Source of the DNA: Callorhinchus milii
Lineage: Eukaryota
Reading direction: 5' to 3'
Assembly (NCBI RefSeq): GCF_018977255.1
Contig: NW_024704742.1
Coordinates: 11,100,001-11,164,000 of the forward strand
DNA: 64,000 nucleotides
A program made the translations under genes and the position numbers. The notes below the pieces were generated by a model. That model was given only the letters and a program-made list of their open reading frames with translations, made no database searches and had not been told where the DNA came from. This document shows positions 37,591-49,803 of the stretch, piece by piece; positions within the stretch are counted from its first letter, which is position 1, and every line of letters begins with the position of its first letter.

Positions 37591-38724
37591 CAACAACTGG
37601 TGACCTGCTTTCTTATGATTTCTCACCGGGTACATTTGATCTGAAATTCTTGCTTTGATTTATATTGATTGTTCAACATGGAAACAGAAACAACCTCATT
37701 CGTCCATACTGGGATTTATACTCCACGATTCTCCACCCATTCCATACTCCCTCCTATACTCTTCTATTCTGTTTTATTGGAGGAACGTGCACTCCCTAAG
37801 TTCTGCATTCAAATGTCAGCCTGAACAATAAGCTTAAAGTGTAAAGCGAAAGCAGTTTTCTCAGCTTTTTCCAGATAAATTAGTCATACATGGCTGTCTT
37901 TGGAAACTTCTGGCAAAAAATGGCTGCCACGTTTGCAAACAATAAATAGTCACTACCTGTAAGCACTATCAGAATTACGCAACGCTGTACAAATGTTCTT
38001 GCTTTAAATTATCAGTACATTTCTAACAATAATTTCTGCAATTTGTCAACAATGGCAATGCATTTTATTTTAAAAGCTTCAAAAGCACAGTGACCAAAGA
38101 TTAGCAACAAAACCTGTAATAAAAATTGATATTCGTGTGGATTAGCGAGTTGACTCATCTGGAATAAATACAACCTAAGAGGCGTTGGTGTTTGGAAAGA
38201 GCACGTCTCAGTTTTGTCATGGCAGTCTGAAACGATGTGGTAGCACTGATTCAATATGTTGTATGGTTTTGTTAGCCATGGAGTCTAATTAATTTTTAAA
38301 ATAATGAATTCTGTCTTTTTTAATCATACCATGACAGAACATGCAGACTTTCAATACCTCCATTCTCTTGCACTTGCCCTTGATGCAAGGATTATTTATT
38401 GTTATTATTATTCATTCCTCCCACTGCAATCTCCTCCAGTCCCACTCTCCCACCCACATGCTTCACTCCACAAATGTGGACCTGCTGCAAATATTGCCTT
38501 GCAACTCACCACCAGCCCACTCTCATTGTCTTCAAAACTCTTCTAAATATTTCCCGCATTACCTCTTTATCTTTATCCCCTGACTTCTCTCCCTTCAACA
38601 CTTTGTTTGATGTCCCACTCTGTCAATAAAAAGCAGAGTTGAGATTGTCTGCAACAAGAAACCCACTTGAGTTCTCATTGTTGATGTTAGAGTTTGTAGA
38701 GTCTGAACAAATTTACCAGTGACT

Positions 38725-38978
38725 TTTTTGGCCAATTTGCTTTCCCCACTGCAATACGACGCTGACTCAGATGTACAGATCTACGTGCACCAGTCATTTT
38801 CAATGCTTAACTTTTCACTGTGAGCCGAGACAGTGAGTGTTCACAGGCTGTTTAACTTTGGAGGCACCACAATTGAGACTGGTCTAGTCATCACCTGACA
38901 TCCACTCAAAAAATCTATTGCAGTGTTCCCTGGACAGTGATCAGGAGCAGGAAGATTGGCTGACATTCTCTTCCTAAA
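38725..38978 (-). mobile_element. AmnSINE2-like SINE 3' two-thirds
   Basis: Minus strand CAGCCAATCTTCCTGCTCCTGATCACTGTCCAG...GTGGATGTCAGGTGA...CACTCACTGTCTCGGCTCACA...AAATTGGCCAAAAAA. Confidence 0.6.
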
Positions 38979-39456
38979 TGGGTTCCTGTTTGCCTATAAT
39001 ATACACAGTCTGCACTTTACAATATAGCTTGTGAAGTGTTGTGAAACATCCTATGTGAAAGGCGCTATATCAAATGCAAGGATTATTATTTATATTAAAT
39101 AGCCCAAATGGGCAAAGGATGAGAGGCTCAACTGGTATGAATGGGGGAAGAGGACAGCAACATTTGATTAAGGTTAGAAAACCTTTTCCCCCCACCAATG
39201 ACTCCACTTCATTCAAACTATTTATTTTTATTGTTTCATTGCTGAGGTTGATTACCCTTCAAGCTGAAATCAGTTAACCAAACTTGAACCTTTTATTCCA
39301 TATAGGTTAGTTCTACGCCTGGTTTGCCTTTGCCAACAAGACCGTATTCCTTTGGAGAGCAGAGGATCACTATTTTTTCTGCCAACTGATCATCTTCTTT
39401 TACAGACCAATCTATCCTCCCCCAACACAGCAGCTCTGCTTCCCCTTCCCCTCACA

Positions 39457-41037
39457 TAATAATAATAATTCTTGCATTTGATTTAACCCCTTATCATGTC
39501 TTTAAGACTTATCAAAGCACTTCTCGGAATACACTGTAAAGTGAATTGACTGTACATTTTGAGGGCGAAATGTGGCTCACAGCAGTGTCCCACAAACAGT
39601 CATGGATTGAGTGACCAAATCAATCATTTTTAACATTTATTTTGAGGAAATGACTGCCCCCAGAAAAGCGATCCGCCAATCGACTAACAACCGGGTTCCC
39701 ACTTACTGCTAGGTAAACAGAGGTGTGTGGAGTAAGGAAACTTAGGAATATAGAACCATAGGAATTAGGAGCAGGAGTAGGCCACTTGGCCCTTCGAGCC
39801 TCCCCCACCATTGAATAAGATCATGGCTGATCTTCTAACCTAACTCCATCTGTCCGCCTTACCCCCATATCCCTTAATCCCTCTATCCTTTAGAAATCTA
39901 TCAATCTCAGTCTTGAATATGTTCAAGGACTGAGCATCTACAGCCTCTGGGGTAGAGAATTCCATAAACTCACTACTCTCTGAATGAAGAAGTGTTTCCT
40001 CAACTCTGTTCAAAAGAGCTGTCCCTAAATCTTAAAACTATGACCCTTAGCTCTAGATTCTCCGACCAGGGGAAACAGTCTCACACTGTCAAGCCCCATA
40101 AGAATCTTACATGTTTCTATAAGATCACCCCTATTTCTTCTATATTCTAGAGAATATAGGCCTAGTTTACTCAACCTATCCTCATAGGTCAAACCCCTCA
40201 TCCCAGGAACTAACCTAATGAATCTACGCTGCAGCTCCTCTAAGTCAAGTATGTCCTTTCTTAAATAAGAAGACCAAAACTGCATACAGTATTCTAGGTG
40301 CAGTCTCACCAAGATCCTATACAGTTGAAGCAAGACTTCCCTACTCTTGCATTCTAAACCTTTTGCAATAAACGCCAACATGCCTTTCTATTTGCTTGCT
40401 GTACCTGCATACTAACATTTGTGACTGGTGTTGACTCTGCCTAATCATGTTATGGTCCTCTAAGTACCCCACTACGACATCCCTAATTAAGGATTCTGGA
40501 ATTTTCCCGACCACCGATGTCAGACTGACTGGTCTATAGTTCCCTATCGTCTCTGTCCCTCCTTAAATAGTGGTGTTACATTTGCAATCTTCCAATCAGT
40601 GGGAATCGTTCCTGAATCCAGAGAATTTTGGAAGATCAAAATCTAGGCATCCACTATCTCAGCCCCCACCTCTTTTAAAACCCGAGGATGAGGGCCATCA
40701 GGTCCTGGGAATTTTTCATTTTTCAATCCCAACAGTTTCCCTAGTACTAATTCTTTACTGATGTTAATTTCCCTAAGTTGCTCACTGACATTAGCTTCTT
40801 GGTTCCCCTCTACTTTTGGTAAGTACCTTTGTCTTCTAACATGAAGACAGAAGCAAAGTATTTGTTTAATGACTGTCATATCTTTATCCCCCATTATAAT
40901 TCCTCCTGCCTGTAGTGGATACACATTCACATTCTCTTCCTCTTTAAATCTTGCCCAATGTTTTGCCCTGCCAGGAATTGAATCCAGGTCCTCTCGCTTG
41001 CTAGGCGAGTGCTCTAACCGCTAAGCTACAGGACTTC
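39457..41037 (-). mobile_element. Long-form SINE split by a CR1 insertion
   Basis: 39457-39743 ends GTAAGGAAACTT; 40950-41037 resumes CTTGCCCAATG...GCTACAGGAC. Confidence 0.88.
39744..40949 (-). mobile_element. CR1 LINE (same family as 15925-17746), RT core deleted
   Basis: KFPGPDGPHPRVLKEVG and LYRILVRLHLEYCMQFWS; 3' terminus CCTACTCCTGCTCCTAATTCCTATG shared with the 16-17 kb copy. Confidence 0.93.
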
Positions 41038-42252
41038 ACATAGACATGGAGAGGGTATAATTCATAGATGATGCCTTCCATAGGTATCTCCATTAACTTA
41101 TTTTGCCCACGGACCCACCAAATCGTGGCCTACAATCTAAGAACCGCTGCCACGTCCTGCTTTTGGAGATCTCTGTCCATTTCTGTCCCTCCATGTCCCT
41201 CTCTGACTCCACCTCTCTCTCACTCTCTCCTTGAATCTCTCATACCTACCTACATACATGCATACACCATGTAACTCACAATCCAGTGTGGCTCAAAGAA
41301 ATGTACAAACTTTACCAAACTCAGTAAACCAAAAATTGGTTAACAGCATAGTAAGTACAATACAACCAATACTGAAGCTTAGAGTTTAAAGTGGAAATGT
41401 AAAGATTGTATACACTGGAATCCATTATCTACAGCAATTTGCTCACTGTAATTTCTAAACAGGAAATTGAGGCAACTTCAGAAGGGTGAGAAACAATTCT
41501 GGAAGTTTGATGTGTACTTAACTCTGAATTCACAGAGACAGACGCTGCTAGAAATAACAAATGTATGATTGGGTGGTCTGCAAATCAGACCTACATGAAA
41601 ACCAACCATAGACCATGTGATTGTTCATTTGAAACTACTAGCAATATCATTTTTTATAACTCAAGGGTCTTATTCTGTGACAATTAACTCTAACTACTTC
41701 TGGTAACAAAATAATGGGATACACATTGTCAGGTCCAATCAGAGGTAATAACAGTCTATTAATGTCACAAGTTTCAATATCATTCTGGACCAATTTAGAC
41801 TTTTAAATTTGAGATATTTAAAATGTACTATGTTTCCCACTCGGTGTAATGCAGGCTAATAATAAATAATAATCATATGATATAGAATAATCAAACCAAT
41901 GGAGTGATGAGCACCAACGTATGAGACAGTTCAGATATTGTCATAAGCTGCTGGAGCTCAAACCTTTTATCAGTATTACTTTGTCCCACAAAATATGGTC
42001 CAGCCTTCAAAACCATTGTCGTCGATAATTTTAATCGTTAAGATGCCTGCAAAATAAAAGATTACTCACTGAGTAATACAATTCAGAGCTGTTCAGTGTA
42101 ATAAAGTTAAGCTTTAACTTGAGCAAAACAAACCAGATGTAAGTGAAGCAGGTAACTGTCTGAAGGTTTCTTATGACTAGAACTTTCAGAGGCATTGTAC
42201 AACGTATTGATGGAAAGGACATTGCACGATGTGACTGAAACTGAAGGACATC

Positions 42253-42628
42253 ATAATAGAATAATAATAATCCTTGCATTTGAAACCGTGCCTTATCATG
42301 TCTTCAAGATGTCTCAAAGCGCTTCATAGAATATACTGCAAAGTGAATTGACTGTATATTTTGTAGGTGAAATACGGCAGCCAATTGCGCACAGTAATGT
42401 CCCACAAGCAGCCATGGATTGGAGTGACCAATTTATTATTATTACTTTTTTTTGAAGAAATTATTACCCCCGAAGCAATCCGCCAATCGACTAACAACTG
42501 GATTCCTATTTATGGCTAGGTAAACACAGGCTTGTGGAATAAGGAAACCTGCCGAAGATTTCACCCTACCAGGAATTGAACTCAGGTCACTCACTTGCGA
42601 GGCAAGTGCTCTAACCTGAGCTGCAGGA
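42253..42628 (-). mobile_element. Full long-form SINE
   Basis: Tail through extended CORE-like segment to tRNA head. Confidence 0.88.
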
Positions 42629-44719
42629 ATAGGTCATTTTAGCAATGATGAGTTTCTCCAACTAATTATGGAATACACTATCACTAAGTGCAGTCAGTGC
42701 ATATTAAACAATTCATTAGAGAAATCGATGGCTTCTGGATTAAGGGGGGCGGGTAGTTGGTAGAAGTCTGGAGATTTCATGCAAAAATGAGAAATGAGTT
42801 CTGTGCGAAAACTCAGCTGCAAAGGCAGGTGGTTGAATTGAATTAAAATTAATCGCATCTTCTGGCTCCAAGCCTGTGTTCCTTTGATATTGTTCCTTTG
42901 TTTTTCCAGTAATTACAAGAAGTAAACAAAGCTGAAATAAAACACTGTCTAATAAACAGTCTGAGGCTAATTGAAGTTGTGCTGCTGATCCGAGTTTGAG
43001 TGGATGCTAATTACAGCATCTGAGGACAGCAGAGCATGTCTGTCGCAGAGATTGGTTACAACTGCACAGTGAATGTGACGTGTGGAGCAGGCACCCAGCA
43101 AAAAGACCTGGATACTGTGTTGATTTACTCCTTGATAAACAAACAGGGAAACGGAGAGTGGTATTGGAAGTCCTAGGGACAATTTACAGATTGGTTATAA
43201 ATAAATACTCCACAGGACACAGTATACAAATTCACAGTTGCAACTTTTGACAGTAAAATCCCTGTGATGGGCTTTAAGACATTTAGATGTGGTAAAGTGG
43301 TATATTAAATTCGAGAATTACTATTGAATACTGGACACAATGAACCACATACTGTAATCAACAATTTATTTTGTTAAATGAGTCAAGTGTCTACCTCACC
43401 TCTGAGTTTGGAGGTTGTGGGTTTATGTTCCACATCGGGAACATGCAATATTGGAACCATCCCTCTCATCAGACGTTTACCTCAGACACCCATTCACCAT
43501 TATCTCTCTGGTGTTTTGGCTATAGTAATTTAATTTCAAAGTTCATTGAAACCCCCTTCCTAATTTAAATCAGTCGTTACTTTTACAGGGTAAAATTTGT
43601 ACTGAGAGACGTGCACTGATTAAAGAAAAGCAACCTTGTCACCTTTTTCACTGTGTAGCAGGCATGCAAAGAACTGTACCAGACAGAGGTACTTTGAAGT
43701 TGTAATTGGAACTATTAATCAGCAACTTCTTGTGCTCAGGATGACATTTTTGCTTTTTTTTCCATTGAATAAATTGCAACAGTGATCGAATAGCATTTAA
43801 CATTTTCCCTGTGTGGTGTACTAAGAAATTAAGCACAGTTTGTGTGAAGGACTCTCCTCTTTCAGTGCAACTGTCTATTCAATTCCCCAGTACAGTATGT
43901 GGAGGCGTTCTTTATTGCTTCATTACACAGAGTGGTTAGTCGCTGAACAACAGCCTATCATTTTAAATATCTCCCTTCATCTCATCCCCCAAATCTCCGA
44001 TATGCTGCGATGATCTGCCTAATTCTAACATTACCTTTGGAATGGATTTGATGCAGGCAGCAGATGTAATAGCAATGGGTTTATGGTGTAGTGATGTAGT
44101 GCATTTTTTTCAAACAGAGCTGATGGGCTGGGAGAATACTTACAAAACCACAGAAAATAATTAGGTGTGGCCTAGGGCTGCTTTCTCAATGGAAATTGTG
44201 CTGATGATTTTGAATGGTGCTCCCTGTAGTAGTTGAAGCTGGGGCCATGTATCTCCCGGACACATTCTGAAGAATGTGTTTTGATGGCTGCATATCTTTA
44301 GGAAACGATCATTTTTATTTGTTCTGTGAGTGGGCGGAAGGAGTGGGTGGGGGCGGGAAGTGTTCAGATTTGACTCTTTAAGCCATTTTTATTCTACATT
44401 CAACACAGACTTGTTTATTTCCTGACCATTATGCATTTTCCATTGAGTTGTTGATGCATACTTACCTTTCTTATAACCACCAACTTTATCTTGTCAGCTT
44501 GCTAAATTCTCAAATTGTGAATTGTCTAATTTGTGAGATTCACCAAGGAATTGGCTCCCCCCAAAAAAATCCTCCAGGTAGCTAATGGCTCAGGCTGACC
44601 CCTTTGAATCTCCATTAAGACACGATCTCAATTGCAACTGATGGGAATTAAAGGAATCACACCAATGGAGATGCCTAGGCTCTAGCAGAATTCTGGTGGG
44701 TGAGTCTGAGATACACTCA

Positions 44720-45422
44720 GGATTCTATAGATTAGAGCATACGCCTCGCAAGAGAGAGGTCCTGGGTTCAATTCCCGGCAGGGTGAAACATTGGGCAAGT
44801 TTCCTTACTCCACCCTCCTCTGTTTACATAGCTGTAATTAGGAACCCGCTTGTTAGTCAATTGGTGGATAACTTTTCTGGGGGTAATGCCTTCAAAATAA
44901 ATAAAAATGATTTGGTCACTCAATTCACGAATGTTGTTTGAACACTGCACAATCGGCTGCCCCGTTTCGCCCACAAAATATACAGTCGATTCACTTTACA
45001 ATATATTCTGTGAAGCGCTTTGACATCTCGAAGACTTGATAAGACTTGATAAGATGGAGTCCTGTAGCTCAGTGCGGAGTCCTGTAGCTCAGTGGTTAGA
45101 GCACTCGCTTTGCAAGCGAGAGACCTGAGTTCAATTCCAGGCAGGGCGAAACCTTGGGCAAGTTTCCTTACTCCACACGCCTAATAATAATCCCTCCAAA
45201 ACCAAAAACAATAAGAAATTGGTCATTTTCAATCTACGACTGTTTGTGGGACATTGCTGTGCGCAATTGGCTGCCGCTTTCGCCCACAAATATACAGTCA
45301 ATTCACTTTACAGTGTGTTCTGTGAAGCGCTTTGGGACGTCCTCCCGACGTGAAAAACGCTATATCAAATGCAAGGATTATTATTATTAAGACACTTTAT
45401 CAAATGCAAGGATTATTATTAT
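44720..45422 (+). mobile_element. Long-form SINE with a young SINE (45056-45389) inserted in its tail
   Basis: Host tail split at TAAGA (45050-45054 / 45388-45392); insert has a duplicated 19-nt 5' end. Confidence 0.92.
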
Positions 45423-46869
45423 TTACAACTCGATTTACAAATAGTGCAAATGACACTTCAAGGTCATTGAAGCTTCTGCAGTTGAGGCAGAATTGATCAT
45501 TATTAAAACTGGAGAAAAGTTCAGATCAACTCTGAGTAGAAGAAGAGAGGAAGGAGACACAGGCAATGAATGTCTTCATTATATCATCAAACTTTGATAA
45601 TCCTAAACTAACTCACCATGACATGCTATGTTTGGATTTGAATCCTTCACGGATTAATAATTGCATACATCGTAATAAGAATGCCTTTGAATAGTGTATT
45701 GAAATTCAACTCACAAATGACTGACTCCTCTCTCTGATGATGGATAATCTCCTATAATCGGGCTTTTTTTTTTCATTTTACAACACTACAGCTATTCAAA
45801 GAAAGTGATGGGTTAGAGGTTTTACTTGAAATGAGATCCATTGGTTCCAAATGGAATCACTTGTGGTTTTGCATCTACAATAGAACAAACACGGTACCAG
45901 TTTGATAGATTTGGATTTGAAATGTTTCTGTTCAAAGTAAGGAGAATAAAAACAGCTAGTCCTGAGTTTGCACAAGTCGAACAAGGACAACAACAAGATC
46001 AGCCCACCAAACTGTGAATTCCCAGCAATAATAATCCTTGCAATTGATTTAGAGCTTCATCATTTCGTCAGAATATCTTAATATTCTTCACTGGATTTAC
46101 TGGGAGATGTAGTGACTGTATTTGTAGGCCAATGAAGAAAGGAATTTGCATACAGCAATGTCCTATCAACAGACAAGGTCCGGCTCTTTTAAAAGAGTTA
46201 TCCAAATCAATCCCACTTCCCCGCTCTCTCCCTATAGCCCTGCAAACTTGTCCTCCCCAACTCCCTTCTCTTTTCAAAACATGCCAAGTTACTTTGTTAG
46301 AGAAAAGAAAGAACATAAGAAAATTTGGAATGAGAAATAGCCATTCAGCCCATCAGCCCTCCTCCTTCTATATCCCTCATTCCTGTGTTATCATTGTCCT
46401 CATCCAAACTCACTCTGTGCTCTGTTGGAAATCTCTGTAGAGCCTAAAGTCAGTCAAGCACAATCTCCATTACATTCTTCCCTCCTTCCCTCTACAGACA
46501 TCACCCCCTCACTATCTTCTCACCTGACACCAACAGCACTGAATGCTGCTGGTACTGTCATTGTATCCCATATGTTCACCATCTACACATATCCCAATAT
46601 TCTTCAATGTTATTCAGAAACAGATACAGAAACAGACAGAAAGGAACTTTGTATTGCTGTATTTTATTTAGCCTAAGAAGCTCACACTGCATCTCAAATG
46701 TGGACCATATTTCATCAAAGCACTGGTTCAGTTTCCTCTCACTTTAACTGACAATCAATTTAACTCGTATATATAAGAAACTTTCTGGTCTCATTAAGCT
46801 TAAGCGAAAACAGTAACACCTGGCTTCAGCAAAGGTTTGTAGTACAATGTTCCATATTCTATATTCAGA

Positions 46870-47050
46870 TCTTTGGTCACTCATTCCATGACTCTTTGTG
46901 GGACCCTGCTGTGCATGATTAGCTGATGTATTTTGCTCAAAAAATTTACAGTCAATTCACTTTACAATATATTCTGTGAAGGGCTTTGAGATGTCTCAAT
47001 GATGTGATAAGGCGCTATATGAAATATAGGAAAGATTATTATTATTATAT
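46870..47050 (+). mobile_element. SINE 3' half
   Basis: TTTGTGGGACCCTGCTGTGC...CAGTCAATTCACTTTAC...GATTATTATT. Confidence 0.8.
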
Positions 47051-47339
47051 CTTACTCTAAGTTGAGTTTTAGAATTGCAATAGTTTAATAATAATAATAA
47101 TAATAATACAGTTTTATACCAAATATTTTCAATGTCATGGTAATACAGATGAGATTTTAATTAACATTGTGGTGTTTTCAATAAACCAGGCAAACAGAAT
47201 GCTGGGCTGTATTACCAAAGAGTTGAGTTCAGATCCCAGAAATCATACTCGGCCAGGCCATAACTAGAGGACTGTATGCAGTTCTGGTTGCAATATAACT
47301 CAATCCAAATCAAAGGTGCATTAGTAACTTCTTTATTTG

Positions 47340-49090
47340 TCCGAATCCGAGGGCAGGGGTGGTGGGGGTGGGAGGGTGGCCGAAGGCACGGTTGAAGAGG
47401 AAGGTCTGTAGATGGGACTTGAAGGAGGCAAGAGAGGGGGGTGAGGCGGAGGGATTGTGGGATAGAGTTCCAGAATGCGCGGGGCAAATATATTGAATGC
47501 CCAACCACCAATGGTTAGGCGGGAAGTGTGGGGTACCTGAAGCAGGCTGGTGTCTGAAGCAGGCTGGTGTCCACCGAGCGGAGGGAGCGGACAGGCTGAT
47601 ATGGGATTAGGAGGTCATAGAGGGACCTTGGAGGGAAGGCTGACAAGCAGGGTGTTGGCATAGTCGAGCCTGGAGGTGATGAAGGCATGAACAAGAGTTT
47701 CAGCGGCCTGAGGGGTGAGGTAGTGGCGGAGTCGGGCAACGTTACAGAGGTGAGGGAAGGCAGAGCGGATCATGGCTTGGATGTGGGGAAGAAAAGACAG
47801 TTGAGGGTCGAACTAAGCCAGTCACTTAGGTTTTTGACTGGCTTAGTGAGTTGTAGTGAGCAACCATGGAGGTTGATGCTGCCAAAGCCTGAGGTGCAGA
47901 GGCGCTGGCGCGAGCCAATCAGGAGGGCCTCAGTCTTGTTCACATTCAACTGTAGGAAATTTGCCCTCATCCAGGACTTGATGTCCGACAGGTAGTCTGT
48001 CAGGACAGCAGTGGTCCTGGAGTTGAGGGTGGAGGCAGAAAGATAGGGTTGGGTGTCATCCGCATACATATGAAAGTTGACCCCATGTCTGCGGATGATG
48101 TCACCAAGGGGGAGCATGTAGATGTTAAAGAGGAGAGGGCCAAGGACAGAGCCCTGAGGGATGCAGGCGTGACAGTGTGGGGGCTGGAGGAGAAACCGTT
48201 AGAGGCAACAAAGTGGAGACAGTGAGAGAGATAGGAATCAAACCAGGCAAGGGCAGGTCCGTGAAGATTAAACAAGGAGGAGAGGCGGTGTATGAGGATG
48301 GAGTGGTCGACAGTGTCGAAGGTGGCAGAGAGGTCAAGGAGGACAAGGAGGCAGAGGGAGCCCTGATCACACATGTTCAGAATGTTATTAGTGACTTTGA
48401 CCAGAGCTGTTTCCATGCTGTGGGCAGCGCGGAAGCTGGATTGGAAGGGTTCAAAGAGATAATGGCGAGAGAGAAAGGAGCGGAGCTGGGACGTGACAAC
48501 TCATTCCAGGACTTTGGAGAGGAATGGGAGGTTAGAGATAGTTGGAGAGGCGGGATGGGTCCAAGGAAAGTTTTTTCAGGATGTGAGTGATCACAGCTGC
48601 TTTTAGGAGGGTTGGAACTGAACCGGTTGACAAGGAGAGGTTGATGATGTCGGACAGGTGAGGGGCCAGAAGGTGGAGCTGGGAGATGAGGAGAGAGGTG
48701 GAGATGGGATCGAGGGAGCAGGTGGTGGGTTTAAGTTTGTGAACAATTGCGGAGAGGGAGGAGGGAGAGATAGGGTTGAAGGCGTTTAGGGGGGGATGTG
48801 TGGGGGCTCGGTCATGAGGGAGAGCTGATGTGGGGGTGGCTGTGGAAGGGGCAGAGGTGGTTGAACATTTCCCCTCAATTTTGGTTTCAAGGAAATCCAG
48901 CATCTCCTCACAGTTGGGCGAGGCATGGGAAGGTGGACGGAGGAGACGATTTGTGGTGGAAAAGAGAAGCCGGGGGTTGTCCTTTGCCTCCAAGATAACC
49001 TTGGAGTAGAAGGAGGATTTAGCGGAGGCAAGAGCACAGCGGTAGACCTTAGTGTGGGGTAGCCAGATCTGCCGATAGACCGTTAGTTTG
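47340..49090 (-). mobile_element. Longest L2 ORF2 remnant (RT domain, frameshifted)
   Basis: [62 protein letters not shown]. Confidence 0.93.
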
Positions 49091-49483
49091 GAATTGGCCC
49101 TTTGTTAATTGTCCGTTTACCTTGAAGGAGTATCCAACACTGGTCACTGGCACATAAATAGGCTGCCCAGCCCACAATTAGAAGTAAAGCAAAGAGCTTG
49201 ATTTCCAGTGTCAGAGGGATATATGGAACAATTAGACAAGTTGGAGTTCTTCCGTCTTGGAAAGAGATGTCTCAGAGAGGATCGTATCAAGGTGTACGAG
49301 ATTTTAAATAGGATTGAGAAAGTAAACTCAGAACAATACTTTCCTTACACTGGGACACGAGAAAAGAGAAGTCAGGTTTACGTTTGCAAAGTGCAATTTC
49401 AGGACTCATACCAGGAAGTAGTTTTTTTGTCCAGTGCAAATAATAACTGGTACAGATTACTGGGAAGGGTGGTTGATGGCCGG

Positions 49484-49803
49484 ATCATAGAATCATAGAA
49501 TTATACAGCACAGAAGGAGGCCATTCGGGCCATCGTGTCTGTGCCGGCTCTTTGAAAAGTGCTATGCAATTCAATCCCACTCCCCCGCGCTCTCCCCATA
49601 GCCCTGTAAACTTGTCCGCCTCAAATAATTACTTCTCTCTTAAAAGTTGTCATTGAATCAGCTTCCACCACCCTTTCAGGCAATGTATTCCAGATCCAAA
49701 CAACTCGCTGTGTGAAAAAATTTCTTCTCACCTCTCCTCTGTTTCTTTTAACAACTATTTTAAATCGGTGTCCTCGGGTTACCGACCCACCGCCAGTGGA
49801 AAT
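49484..49803 (-). mobile_element. Younger CR1 3' end (family of 33694 and 57680)
   Basis: (ATCATAGA)n tail; closely similar to 33694-34005. Confidence 0.9.

Noticed and set aside
41463..41485. 23-nt micro-exon (AAACAG|GAAATT...GAAGG|GTGAGA)
   Set aside because: Poor pyrimidine tract, not frame-preserving, no partner exons; such matches are expected by chance in 64 kb.
44330..44362. GC-box cluster as a promoter
   Set aside because: No CpG island or downstream exon evidence.
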